DNA of 64,000 nt from Deinococcales bacterium (GCA_013298595.1 JAAFIG010000006.1:66017-130016); one strand, 5' to 3'; shown: positions 15,755-26,700, counted from the stretch's first letter. Notes: generated by a model from the letters alone, not told the origin. Program-made: numbers and translations.

Positions 15755-18049
15755 TTACTCCGCGTCATCTGTCGCAATGAATGGCGCAGCAATAACTGCT
15801 TCATCATTTTCAGGGCTAACAGCTTTTAATTCAAGTTTGCCAACTTCTCGTACTCGATGTGAAAATAGCTTAGCAACCACAGCATAATTCGGATGTCCTG
15901 CAAGGCTCGAGGTTTTTACTGATTTTGTGGTGATTGCGTCTAAGTCCCCAAAATCTATTTCAAGTGCAGCCAATGGTGCAGAAGTGGTGCCAGATTCAAG
16001 ATCAAAAACCTCGAGTGGTACGTCATCAGACATAATTGGTATATCTTCTGGGAAATCATCATAGATTGGTGGGGTACTTTCGAGCAGTGCGTCTGGCTCG
16101 AGCGCTGCGACCACTTCGGCAGCCGAGAATAAACTGCCGTTGATACCGTTTGTACCAAGTGCATCAAATGCTAAATTCGAGGCAACTCGAGCAGCAGGTG
16201 ATGCGGGTTGTAATTCGGATTCTTGGGTTATGACCACCACTGTTTTTTCTTGAGGAGCAGGCAAAATTTCTTGGGTTACAATTTTGCTTTCTGGGTTGAG
16301 CAGAAGCATTTCTGACTCGAGGTTTTCAACCTCTGGCAAAGCATTTTCGGGTACAACATTTTCTTGGACTGCTTCAACATTTCTCTCGAGCATTGGTGGT
16401 TGTAGTGTTTCAAGCACTGCTGGTACAACTCGAGCCGCCGCTTGTGGCGCAGTTAAATTAGGACTCGGAACGCCTCTCGAGTTTTTTTTAGAACCATCAG
16501 GCATAACCAGTTCTAAAGCAATATTTTCACCAATCACTTGCCGAGTTAAGATAGCTAATTCCTCGAGTTTTGCCGCGACCTGATCGGCATGCCACTTATT
16601 TTTTGGATTGCTGTACTCAATGACCAATGTGTCTGCACCAAGGCTACCTTTAGCTTCTTTAAGAATGGCTCGGAAACGCAAATCCGCTTTCAGAATCACA
16701 TCTGCCCAACCTTTACCGTTTAAACCAACCGCACCTTTTGGTTCTTCTGGAGGTGACGGTTGTGCTACTCGAGGTTGCACCACTGGTAGCGTTTCAAATG
16801 GTGGCGTATCTTCTTCAGCTTGCACAGGTGGTGGGATTGGTACTCGACGTGGTGAACGCGCCATAGGATCAAATTCAGGCACACTCGAGGTAGGACGTTG
16901 ACCACTGGCTCGTAAGGCTTCATCGGTCACATTTTTCAGCACTTTACGCACTTGCGTCTCAAGATTCGATACTCGAGATTCCAAGGCTGGTGATACCGCA
17001 CCACCTTCACGGCTTGCTTCTGGAGCCAGTAATGCTTTAGTAAATGCCATCTCGAGAGCAATTAAATCAGAAGCTCGAGCGAACCGACCATCTTCTTCAT
17101 CTAAGGCTTTAATCAGCTGCAACAAATGCGCTTCGCCAAAGGATTCTTTGAGTTCTTTAACTTGTGCTAATTGCGAATGCAGTTGATCGCGCAGCGCAAT
17201 TTTCACCCGCTCAGTAATGGTACGCGGCGCAAAACCATCACTGTAAAACGCCGTTAAACTCTGCATCACACGGTTGGTATCACCTCGAGCCAATGCCATT
17301 GCCAACGCATAAACCCGATCCTGAGGTGGTAAACCAAGCGCACCTTCAACCATCTCGAGGGTTAAATTTGGTTCGCCAGCTGCCAGTAAACGCTCAAGTA
17401 AACTCTCACCATCTCGCATCGCACCATCCGCCGCTCGAGCAATTAAATTTAGCGCTAACGCCGAGGCGTTAACACCCTCAGCCGCTGCTGTACGCCCGAG
17501 TTTACCCGCGATTTCTTCGGCAGATAAACGCCGAAAACGATAATGCTGACAACGGCTGAGAATGGTTGGAGGTAAACGCTCAGGTTCGGTTGTGGCAAGC
17601 ACAAACACCGCGTGGCTCGGTGGTTCTTCAAGGGTTTTAAGCAGTGCATTAAAAGCACTTTTACTCATCATGTGTGCTTCATCGAGAATATAAACTTTTT
17701 TATCACCCAGCATCGGTTGCAACGCAACTTTTTCTCGTAAATCACGAACATCATCCACGCTGTTATTACTGGCAGCATCAATCTCGAGCACATCTGGATG
17801 CCGACCTGCAATCACGCTTTTACAAGCATCACACGAACCACACGGCTTAACACCGGGGGTGCGGCAATTAACAGTCATGGCAATCAGACGGGCAGTGGTT
17901 GTTTTACCAACCCCACGCGGACCAGAAAACAAGTACGCATGACCAATACGCCCACGTTCCAAAGCAGGACGTAACACATCCTTGACATGTTCTTGCCCAA
18001 CAACTTCATCCCAATGAATCGGTCTCGAGCGTTGATAAATCGCGGTCAC
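15755..18049 (-). CDS. dnaX: DNA polymerase III subunit gamma/tau with a long acidic/Pro-rich C-terminal extension
   Basis: Contains Walker A (GPRGVGKTT), a Zn module (CRTPGVKPCGSCDAC), Walker B (YILDEAHM) and SRC. The start codon is GTG. Confidence 0.9.
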   Translation of the reverse strand: MTAIYQRSRPIHWDEVVGQEHVKDVLRPALERGRIGHAYLFSGPRGVGKTTTARLIAMTVNCRTPGVKPCGSCDACKSVIAGRHPDVLEIDAASNNSVDDVRDLREKVALQPMLGDKKVYILDEAHMMSKSAFNALLKTLEEPPSHAVFVLATTEPERLPPTILSRCQHYRFRRLSAEEIAGKLGRTAAAEGVNASALALNLIARAADGAMRDGESLLERLLAAGEPNLTLEMVEGALGLPPQDRVYALAMALARGDTNRVMQSLTAFYSDGFAPRTITERVKIALRDQLHSQLAQVKELKESFGEAHLLQLIKALDEEDGRFARASDLIALEMAFTKALLAPEASREGGAVSPALESRVSNLETQVRKVLKNVTDEALRASGQRPTSSVPEFDPMARSPRRVPIPPPVQAEEDTPPFETLPVVQPRVAQPSPPEEPKGAVGLNGKGWADVILKADLRFRAILKEAKGSLGADTLVIEYSNPKNKWHADQVAAKLEELAILTRQVIGENIALELVMPDGSKKNSRGVPSPNLTAPQAAARVVPAVLETLQPPMLERNVEAVQENVVPENALPEVENLESEMLLLNPESKIVTQEILPAPQEKTVVVITQESELQPASPAARVASNLAFDALGTNGINGSLFSAAEVVAALEPDALLESTPPIYDDFPEDIPIMSDDVPLEVFDLESGTTSAPLAALEIDFGDLDAITTKSVKTSSLAGHPNYAVVAKLFSHRVREVGKLELKAVSPENDEAVIAAPFIATDDAE
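16482..16489 (-). other. A8 tract (slippery A_AAA_AAC) inside dnaX
   Basis: The plus strand shows T8. In the coding sense this reads TCT AAA AAA AAC at codons 520-523. Both alternative frames reach a stop within about 8-11 codons. Confidence 0.4.
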
Positions 18050-18141
18050 GCCTCTATCCTAACCCCTCGAGATGAGGTAGTAAAAGCCATCTTGGAAATG
18101 CGTCAAGCACAGGGTTTTTACAGCCGTGTTAAAATAAAGCC

Positions 18142-18354
18142 GTGCGCTGGTTAGAAATTGTTCTCGAGATTTTCGTAGATTCGATGCAGCGACTACATCG
18201 TTTGCATGTCTGGGTGTTGTTTCCACTGTTTGGATTACTGATCGGTTCGTTACTCAGGGTATGGTTATTTAACCGCACTCAAAGCATGTTACTGGGTGCA
18301 GTCCTCGGATTCTGGCTAGGATTTCGGATCGCCAAATGGCACTTAAAACCTTGA
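18142..18354 (+). CDS. Small hypothetical membrane protein
   Basis: 70-aa ORF with two hydrophobic segments and no overlap with neighbours. There is no further support. Confidence 0.35.
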   Translation: MRWLEIVLEIFVDSMQRLHRLHVWVLFPLFGLLIGSLLRVWLFNRTQSMLLGAVLGFWLGFRIAKWHLKP

Positions 18355-18386
18355 CTCGAGAATCGCAATAGCTAAAAACACAGCAA

Positions 18387-18836
18387 TCAAGACCATCTTT
18401 GTAATTCAACAACATTACCCTCGGGGTCGGTCGCATAGACCAAAGTCACCTGTTGACCATCAGCTCGAGTCAGCGTAACAAGTTCACCAACTTGCCCACC
18501 ACCATGCTCGAGCACCAAAGCTAACGCTTGCTCAACACTATCCACTGCAAAAGCAATATGCCCAAAGCCATGCCGATGCACTTGTGTTTCGGGTTTCTCG
18601 AGGCTAGGTTCGTAAGAAAAAATCTCGAGAGTCGGCGCATTTTCGGCAAATCCGGGCAAGCGCAAGTGCATCCCGCGTTGCCGAGCACCTTGCAGGTTTG
18701 CCAGTTGATCAAACACCTCGCCGCTATAATCGCGTTCTGGTGGCACAGGCACACATTGGAAAACAGTTTGATAAAAATTAGCAAGCACACGCCAATCCTT
18801 AGCGATTAAATTTGTATGCACATAACGAGGATTCAT
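18387..18836 (-). CDS. VOC/glyoxalase-family protein
   Basis: 149 aa. The motifs HGFGHIAFAV and DPEGNVVEL are typical of the vicinal oxygen chelate fold. Confidence 0.75.
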   Translation of the reverse strand: MNPRYVHTNLIAKDWRVLANFYQTVFQCVPVPPERDYSGEVFDQLANLQGARQRGMHLRLPGFAENAPTLEIFSYEPSLEKPETQVHRHGFGHIAFAVDSVEQALALVLEHGGGQVGELVTLTRADGQQVTLVYATDPEGNVVELQRWS

Positions 18837-18881
18837 TAGCTCGAGTCTACCGTGAATAAGAGGAAAGTAAAAGAGAAAAGG

Positions 18882-20498
18882 TTATCTGACTTTGCCTTCC
18901 TCCTTTTTCCTGCCTCCTTCCTCTATCTTTGGCTCGACTACCACCGTTTTCTGATGCGAAAAATGCACTGCACCAGCTTTTGCGCCTTTGGGTCGCCAGA
19001 CGTGCTTAGCAAAAAGGTAATCCACTGCGACACTGGTACTGCCCCGAGCCTTAGAAAACCAAGCGGCAATACTGGCTGCCTCGAGAATATCGGAAAATGG
19101 AATTTCTTTATTCTGAGCACGCAGTATCACATGCGAACCGGGGTAGCCTTGAACGTGAAACCAGATATCGGCACTTTTGGCAATACGGTGGGTTAACAAT
19201 TCGTTTTCTTTGCTGTTACGCCCCACCAACACCTCGAGTCCGTTGCTGGTGCGGTAACGCATTCCCACGGGTGGTGGTGCTTCAGAATTGGGACTATGCA
19301 CCTCGAGCAATTCGCGTAAACGCGTTTCGGAGGCTGTGGCAACTTCCTCGAGTAAATCGTGAATCCGTTGTTGCTGCATGGCTCGAACTTCTTCGCGGAT
19401 CAAAAGTTTCTCGAGGACTTCTTCGCGGCGTTTCGCTCGGGCAAAAAGTTTATTGGCATTTTGGGCTGCGCTGAGTTCTGGCTCGAGTGGAATACGCACT
19501 GTGCCAGCACTGTATAAACTTGGTAATTCCGCGCTGCCTGCACCACTTGGCACATCGCGGCTGTATGCCAGCAGAGTTTCTGCCCATTCGCGCCACTCGA
19601 GCGCAGCCACAGCACTCTCCTCTGCCCGACGCAAATCCTCGAATTGTTTCTCGAGTAATTTCAAACGTTTCTCAAGCGGTTCACGTAACGATTTACGCAA
19701 CTCGGCTAAACGTTCTGCTCCACTTCTGGCTCGAGCTTGTTCGGATAGGGTTTCTTCGCTGGATAAACTCGGGTTACGAGCTAAATCCAAGAGTGCCAGT
19801 ACAGCATCGTTTTGAACTTCAGCACGATGCTCGAGTTCACGCATCAAAGTTGTACCAAGCCCATCGACAAACTTGCCCCAAGTTTGCACTGGTTTATCCT
19901 CGAGTGCCCCACGCAACTCGGCTGCGGAGAGATGGCGCGGATCAAGTTTTTCGTATGGTGGTGGCGGCATATACCAACCACCCGAACGCACCGTCCTAAA
20001 GCGATTACGCGCATTGGTGATTTCCCTGGCTGCCTGCACGATACGCCCAGAAAACAAATTGGCTTCGGCAGTCTCGAGCAACAATAAATTTGCATTACGT
20101 CCTGTTAATTCAAAAAGTAATCGGGCTGCATCTGAACCAACAAAACCTGTACCAACGCCAAACTCGAGCAACACCACCCGATCTAATTTGAGTTGTGCAA
20201 CACTCAGCAAATCGCCCTTCACTTTATTTTCCAACGAACGCTGAAACGCGTTACGCGCATCGCCTTCAAGTTTTGTGACACTGACATACAATGCTGGGCT
20301 AGGCGCACGGTACTCAAGCACCAAATTAAAGACTTGGCGTTTGGCATCCTCGAGTAGCAACGCGGCTGTGGTTTCGTTCGGAAATACCCAACCCAAGTTA
20401 CGCGCTGGTAAACGCAACCGTAATTCCTCGAGTTGTTTAGCAATGAATAAACCTTCCACAAGAAATAGCAGCATAACAAAAGGCTGTGGGAATATCAT
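18882..20498 (-). CDS. rqcH: NFACT-family ribosome quality control protein (FbpA/RqcH-like, with a DUF814 C-terminal part)
   Basis: Has an NFACT-N-like N-terminus, a central coiled coil and a C-terminal IWFHVQGYPGSHVIL motif (NFACT-R/DUF814). The exact start is uncertain. Confidence 0.8.
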   Translation of the reverse strand: MIFPQPFVMLLFLVEGLFIAKQLEELRLRLPARNLGWVFPNETTAALLLEDAKRQVFNLVLEYRAPSPALYVSVTKLEGDARNAFQRSLENKVKGDLLSVAQLKLDRVVLLEFGVGTGFVGSDAARLLFELTGRNANLLLLETAEANLFSGRIVQAAREITNARNRFRTVRSGGWYMPPPPYEKLDPRHLSAAELRGALEDKPVQTWGKFVDGLGTTLMRELEHRAEVQNDAVLALLDLARNPSLSSEETLSEQARARSGAERLAELRKSLREPLEKRLKLLEKQFEDLRRAEESAVAALEWREWAETLLAYSRDVPSGAGSAELPSLYSAGTVRIPLEPELSAAQNANKLFARAKRREEVLEKLLIREEVRAMQQQRIHDLLEEVATASETRLRELLEVHSPNSEAPPPVGMRYRTSNGLEVLVGRNSKENELLTHRIAKSADIWFHVQGYPGSHVILRAQNKEIPFSDILEAASIAAWFSKARGSTSVAVDYLFAKHVWRPKGAKAGAVHFSHQKTVVVEPKIEEGGRKKEEGKVR

Positions 20499-20638
20499 GC
20501 CAATCGGCTATTTGACCTAGCAACGTACCGCTTAAACCATAACAAATCAACGTTCCTCACTCGAGCTGAGCGTTAACTCCTCGTATGTGTCACTTTTGAT
20601 GGACGCGCCCCTCGAGACAAACTGATTCAATATGCGGC

Positions 20639-22204
20639 ATGATAACCACCATGAATCGCGGGTATTTCGCTCCAATCCTCAATCTCTCGAGTTACAAGCA
20701 TTTGTTGTACTTTATCTCGAGTTGGCTACTGGTTTTGTTGTACCCAATTGGCATTTTGCTAGTGACCATACTGGCAATACTGAGTTTTGGCTCGAGTATG
20801 GGTTTGATCCTACCAGCAAGTTGGTTAGTCTTACAAATTCTCAATCTCGAGAGAATCCGCGCCAATACTTTGCTTGAAACCAAAATTGTTTTCCCTGCCG
20901 TACCACAACAAAATCGGGCAGTTTGGTGGAAAGAACAATTGTTTAGTATCACCACCGCTCGAGGTTTTGCTTTTTTGCTTCTCAATACACTATTTTCAGG
21001 TGCAACCCTGATTGTACTAGGCGCAATGCTTTACGTCACGGGTTTGCTGTTATTCGCACCAATTGTAGCTGCATTACAACTTTTTGATACTTTTTCTTTT
21101 TGGCGCGACAGCATACTTTGGACGGGTTCGGAAGGTTTAAGATTCACTGCACTCAGCAGTATGATTGCCTTTATTGCTGGAATTCCAATGCTGAATTTGA
21201 CACTGCAATGCTCGGATTTTCTGGCTAACATTTGGCGCGTAGCAACCGAAAACGCATTATCGGACGATAAATCTTCACAGCGCATTGTGCAAGCCCTCGA
21301 GAAAGCCAGTAAAAGTGTGCTTGAAGACAACACTCAAACAACCATTCAAACCATTCTTGAACAAGGTCTAAACGCTTCACGTGCCACAGGTGCTGGTATT
21401 GGTACGCACCGCATCAATCTTGAATCAAGTGATCTCGAACAGCCAAAAAATCATGTATTACGTGTTCCACTCGAGTACAGCAATGAGTTACTAGCACTCT
21501 ATAAAAATGCGCCGCCGAATGCTCGAGATACAAATTTATGGAAAGCACTTGGAACCCATGCCAGTACTGCTTTGAAACTCGAGCAATTGCTGCATAAAGA
21601 ACGCACTCGAGGCAGCGAAGAAGAACGTGCCCGCATTGCCAGAGAATTACACGACAGCGTAGCACAAGCTTTGTACGGCATTGCGCTTGGCACTCGCAGC
21701 GCCCTCGAGCAACTCAACACAAATCCAGCAAATGCCAAAAAATCACTCGAATACGCCATAGACCTAGCTGATGGTGGCACAGCCGAAATGAAAACCTTGT
21801 TATTTGCTTTGCGTCCAGATGCACTCGAGGAAGGAGGGCTTGCGGCAGCTCTACAAAAACTCGGAGAAATGCTATTCGCACGGTACAAACTCGAGGCAAT
21901 TGTTTTAGCACCACTCGAGCCAGAAATTTCACTCGAGACTAAAGGAATGCTTTACCGTATTGCCCAAGAAGCCGTTCATAACACTGTTAAACATGCCAAA
22001 GCCAAACAAGTTCAAATTCGTCTTGAAACAGGAATCCTCGAGATCACTGATAACGGACGTGGGTTTGACACAACAATGACTCGATCAGGAGCACTTGGCA
22101 TTAAAAGTATGCGTGAACGCGCCAAGAGTATAGGTTCAACCCTTGAAATAACATCGGGTATTTCTGGCACACGAATTCTTATTATTTTCGGAGGCACAAA
22201 ATGA
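20639..22204 (+). CDS. Membrane sensor histidine kinase, NarL/DegS type (HisKA_3 plus HATPase)
   Basis: Has an N-terminal multi-TM region, an H-box (ELHDSVAQAL), an N-box (QEAVHNTVKHA) and a G-box (DNGRGF). Confidence 0.85.
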   Translation: MITTMNRGYFAPILNLSSYKHLLYFISSWLLVLLYPIGILLVTILAILSFGSSMGLILPASWLVLQILNLERIRANTLLETKIVFPAVPQQNRAVWWKEQLFSITTARGFAFLLLNTLFSGATLIVLGAMLYVTGLLLFAPIVAALQLFDTFSFWRDSILWTGSEGLRFTALSSMIAFIAGIPMLNLTLQCSDFLANIWRVATENALSDDKSSQRIVQALEKASKSVLEDNTQTTIQTILEQGLNASRATGAGIGTHRINLESSDLEQPKNHVLRVPLEYSNELLALYKNAPPNARDTNLWKALGTHASTALKLEQLLHKERTRGSEEERARIARELHDSVAQALYGIALGTRSALEQLNTNPANAKKSLEYAIDLADGGTAEMKTLLFALRPDALEEGGLAAALQKLGEMLFARYKLEAIVLAPLEPEISLETKGMLYRIAQEAVHNTVKHAKAKQVQIRLETGILEITDNGRGFDTTMTRSGALGIKSMRERAKSIGSTLEITSGISGTRILIIFGGTK

Positions 22205-23103
22205 ATGGACTTACTCGCGTTGTAATTAGTGTTTTATTCCTTGGAGCATGTGCTATTGCCATGCGTTTAACGCTAGTAAAAACAGAAGTACTAGAAGTTC
22301 AACCACAAAAACATTCCGCTACACTCGCTATAAAACAAGCTAAGGCAGTTCAATTACATATTGAAAGCGGACATTTCATGAGCCAACTCGGTATACAAGA
22401 CGGTCAAGATAGTTTGATAAGTGGCTTATATAACGCATCTCGAGCTGATCAACTCACTTTAACCAAAGACAATAAAAATGGCATGCTAAATGCGAATCTG
22501 ATATTTGGGAAGTTAGTTAATACCAGTTTTATGACAACTGCTCCAAACAAACCCAGCACTGGAAATATTAGCTTACCTAAAAATATACCGTTAAGCATCG
22601 AAGTCTTTGCTTCCGAATTACAAGAAACTTTTTTTCAGTTTGATTTCAAAAACTTGCAAATCCAGAAATTTAACTTTGATAGTCTAAACACAGCTTCACT
22701 AATCAGTTTGATTGCTCCAGCAGCAATCAAAAATGCCGAAATCAATGTTAAAAACAGTAAGGGTAAAACAAATGCTCTTATCACACCTCAAACACAAGGT
22801 AAATTCGTTTTCTTTAACGAAGCTGGTAATCTTGTTTTAGCACTAAGTAAAAATCCATCTATGAAAATACTCATTATCGGTAACGCTAACACAAAAACCG
22901 ATCTTCTCGAACGCATACAATTTATGGCTGGTTATTCACCATCAGACTTCCAATATATCAATCCGAAAGACCTGAATGTAACATTCTTTAAAAAACAAAA
23001 ATGGTTACTTTACAATGCAAAAGTAAAAAATCCAAAAGTCGATATCCTTGTTGATCTTGGAGAAACAGGCACACTGACTTTTTATTCAACAGAGGGGAAA
23101 TAA
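22201..23103 (+). CDS. Hypothetical AT-rich, Asn/Lys-rich single-pass membrane protein encoded between the kinase and the regulator
   Basis: ATGA overlap with the kinase stop; GGAGG lies 7 nt upstream. Its TAA stop abuts the regulator ATG. It has one N-terminal TM segment. Its composition is clearly lower in GC than both neighbours. Confidence 0.6.
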   Translation: MNGLTRVVISVLFLGACAIAMRLTLVKTEVLEVQPQKHSATLAIKQAKAVQLHIESGHFMSQLGIQDGQDSLISGLYNASRADQLTLTKDNKNGMLNANLIFGKLVNTSFMTTAPNKPSTGNISLPKNIPLSIEVFASELQETFFQFDFKNLQIQKFNFDSLNTASLISLIAPAAIKNAEINVKNSKGKTNALITPQTQGKFVFFNEAGNLVLALSKNPSMKILIIGNANTKTDLLERIQFMAGYSPSDFQYINPKDLNVTFFKKQKWLLYNAKVKNPKVDILVDLGETGTLTFYSTEGK

Positions 23104-23733
23104 ATGACTCGAGTTTTACTTGTAGACGACCACGCCGTTGTTCGCCAAGGCTTGCATTTGTACCTTGCTGCCGACCCAAATATCGAAATTGTTGGCGAAG
23201 CGGAAAATGGTTTAGAAGCTCTCGAGTTGGTTGTAAGTTTTACGCCAGATGTTGTGGTCATGGATTTACTGATGCCAGTACTGGATGGCATTAGTGCCAC
23301 CAGAGAAATCCGCGTCAAGCACCCAAACACCGAAGTGATAGCCCTGACCAGTTCGCTCGAGGAACACAAGGTCAATGGTGCCATTCAAGCTGGGGCTATT
23401 GGCTATTTACTTAAAGATGCCAAAGCAGCCGATATCCGTGAAGCGATTCATGCAGCCGCTCGAGGTGAAGTGCGGCTCTCCCCTGCTGCGAAAGAAAAAT
23501 TGCTCCGTGATTATCGAGCACCCGATATGCGTGAGCATTTAACCGCACGCGAAATTCTGACACTGCAATTACTGGCTCGAGGTCAAAGTAATGCGGCTAT
23601 GGCGGCTGAACTTGGAGTTAATGAAAGCACGGTTAAAACCCATGTCTCGAGGTTGCTTTCTAAACTGGGTTTGACCTCGAGAACCCAAGCTGCTTTGTTT
23701 GCTTTAAAACAAGGGCTTGCGAGTCTCGAGTAA
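23104..23733 (+). CDS. Response regulator, NarL/FixJ family (REC plus LuxR HTH)
   Basis: RVLLVDDH, the VVMDLLMP phospho-acceptor region and the C-terminal LTAREILTLQLLARGQSNAAMAAELGVNESTVKTHV GerE-type HTH. Confidence 0.9.
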   Translation: MTRVLLVDDHAVVRQGLHLYLAADPNIEIVGEAENGLEALELVVSFTPDVVVMDLLMPVLDGISATREIRVKHPNTEVIALTSSLEEHKVNGAIQAGAIGYLLKDAKAADIREAIHAAARGEVRLSPAAKEKLLRDYRAPDMREHLTAREILTLQLLARGQSNAAMAAELGVNESTVKTHVSRLLSKLGLTSRTQAALFALKQGLASLE

Positions 23734-23736
23734 AAA

Positions 23737-23760
23737 AGGCGTGACCGCTTGGTCACGCCT
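23737..23760. terminator. Hairpin terminator between the convergent response regulator and lipoprotein genes
   Basis: aggcgtgacc-gctt-ggtcacgcct forms a 10-bp stem. The A-run on the plus side gives a U-tract for the minus-strand transcript. Confidence 0.65.
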
Positions 23761-23782
23761 CTCGAGTTGCTTAGTGATTAAG

Positions 23783-26700
23783 TTATGGGAGCATGAACCA
23801 CGCTAAGTTAGCCAGTGCATTCCAACCGTTATTGGTGTAATTGGGTGTGCCGTTGAAGCCCCAAGTTGCTGTTCGGTTGTTGCTGTTATAAGCAACACTG
23901 TAATGATCTGAGCTAGTCATCAAAATGCTCGAGTCTCGTCCGATGCCAACCACACCACTTGGAATTATTGGCATGTAAGCAGCAGTGTAAGTTTGGTCTA
24001 CATCGGATATTTGGACTTTACCACCAGCGATGGTTAGTGGGAATGGTCCGACGATGGCTGGATGTGCGGCATTGACTACGGTGAATTCACGTATTTGTTG
24101 GAGTGTGGTGATGATCCAACTTGAACCCCAATCGATTGGTGAAGTTCCACCTTGTAAAGCCTCAAAGAAGACGCTGCCACCAAAACCAAGTCCTAACATT
24201 GGTTTGCCTGCTTTACCAATTTGACTGGCAACACCTGCTGCACCTTCCCAAACATAAGAACTGACATAGGTTTTAGGGTCAATAGCAACTAAGTCGTAAC
24301 CCATAACAGCAGTATCGGCATTGTTTGCGTTTAAGCCTGACAGTGGCAGTTTTGTGACTCGCATACCTTTGAGTTTAAGATTTGCTTGGTATACGTCGGC
24401 AGCACTGGCATCTGCACCGTGAATCAAAGCGACTTTATTCTTGCAATGACCAGCTGGAATATCAATTTGCATGATGGTTGCAAAGCGATTATTGGTTTCG
24501 TTGCTTTCGTCGTACCAGTTGCCAATATCCACTCGAGCTACGTATGAACGCACACCCTCGGTGTCTTCAGGAGTGGTAATTGGGTAGAACACATCGACAT
24601 TGATAGTGGCACTACCGCCAGCAGGGATTTCTGGGATACCAACACCATTACCACGGGAACCAGCACCAAGCAATTCGTCTCGAGCATCGACCAGTTGCAC
24701 CACACCAACATCGCTACGGGCAAGAGCAGGAGCATTACCAATGTTTTTTACAGTAACTGTTCCACTAACAAAAGTATTGTATGGTCGGCAAACACTGCCA
24801 AGGGCAAGGCGCACACCATCAACAATTAAATCTGGTTTGGGGGCTGGTGGAATAACCGTGTCACCCACTGGATTTGGTACGGTAGCAGCACCAGTAGCAA
24901 AGTTGGTATCGCCTGTGATTGCCACATCAGCAGCGCATTCCTCGAGGTTACGGGCAGCCACTCCTGCGGTTTCGCAGGTGGTTCTGGCAGTGGCTAACAC
25001 ACCTGGGTCAATAGGAGCAGCGGCACGTGGGAAGGTGCTGTCATCAAAGCCACCAAAGGATTCGCTACTATCGTAAACAAACAATGAATCGGCAAGGCTA
25101 GGAACACGCCAAGAGTTGGCATAAGCACCGTAGAATGTACTGGTGTTGAATGGTGTAACAGCACTGCCATCACGCAAGAAGATATCGTTGGTGGTGTTGC
25201 CATCCATGTTGCCAAGCAAGCCTTTCATCGTACCTGCTCGAGATACGGCTGGGAAAATTTGGGTGTTGATGTAGCTGCCACCTACGACCACTTCGATTTT
25301 GTCACCTGTTGGGAATCTCAGGGTGTATGTGGCACCTGATTGGGTGATGGTGTTGCCAGCGCCAAGGTCAAGTCCGCCACTTGGTACGTTGGTGCGAATA
25401 CCAGCGTCATCTATACGCAGTGGTGAAACACCAACTGGTGAAAGGTACAAACCGACTTTTTTGCCGTTCATACGGGTGGCAATGGCGGTATTGACGCTAA
25501 CACTGGTGCTTGTACCCCATGGGCGTTGACGAGCTTGGACACGGAGTTGACTGTCGCTCGAGTAACCAAGATCAAATTCGCCTACTGCTTGGAATTCCAC
25601 ACCACTTTGATCGAATGTAATCAGGTGCGGGTCGCCCCATGAGACACCGGGTAAAGTCGAAGTTGGTGGGGTTGGTGTGACTGGAATTACATCGGCAGGT
25701 TGTTGAATAGCAGCTGCACTTGTGACAAAGCCTGTATCACCTGTTTGAGTTTTATCTGTGGCACAACCATTAATATTCTTGGGTTGTACACCAGCAGCAG
25801 TGCATTCGGCTTGAGCAGCAGCAAAAGCGGCTGGGTCAGCAGGTGGTGTGGCACTTGGGAAGCTCGAGTTATCAAAACCACCAAAGGCTTCTGTGCCATC
25901 GTACACAAACAGTGAATCGGCAACACTCGGGATTTTCCATGAATTCGCGTACTCTTGAATTAAAGCAAGGGTAGTGAGGGGTGGGATTACACCACCATCG
26001 CGTTTAATAAATTCATTGGTTAAAGTACCATCGAAATTACCAAGTAAGCCTTTCATAGTGTTAGCTCGAGTCAGCACTGGGAAAACTCGGATGTTGAGGT
26101 AAGAGCCGTTCATTTCGACTTTCATGAAGTCGCCATCAGGGTACTCGAATTTATAAGTTGTACCAGTTTGGAAGATTTTGTAACCAGCGCCAAGGTCGAG
26201 TCCTGCGGCTGGCACAACAGTGCGAGTACCTGCATTACCAACGCGCAATGGGCTTTGACCAGCTGGTGGGTTTAAGTACAAACCAACTTTTTGACCATTC
26301 ATTTGTGTGGCAACGGCAGTGTTGACACTGACGTAACTGCTACCACCCCAAGGTTGATGACGTGCTTGCACTCGCAAACGATTATCGCTCGAGAAACCAA
26401 GGTCGTATTCGCCAACGGCTTGGAATTCATAACCAATTTGGTCGAAGGTAATCAGGTGTGGGTCGCCCCATGAAACACCGGGGTTAGCAGCAACAGCGGG
26501 TGGTGTAACCGTGGTGCTGATGTCTTTGCCTGCTTCATCGCCATTACGAATTGCCATTTTAGAACCAGGGGCAGCAGCACCAATGAAGGTTTCAGTGCCG
26601 TCGTTGTAGGCGTACACGCGGATTTTCACGGTTTTGTCAGCTGGTAATGTATTGGCAGGAACACTAAAAGCTCGAGCTGTACCAAGTAAATCAGCTGATT

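Noticed and set aside
18852-19196. Plus-strand ORF 18852..19196 downstream of the VOC gene
   Set aside because: It overlaps the 3' end of the RqcH/NFACT gene on the opposite strand, whose conserved GYPGSHVIL region is encoded there. It has no motifs of its own.
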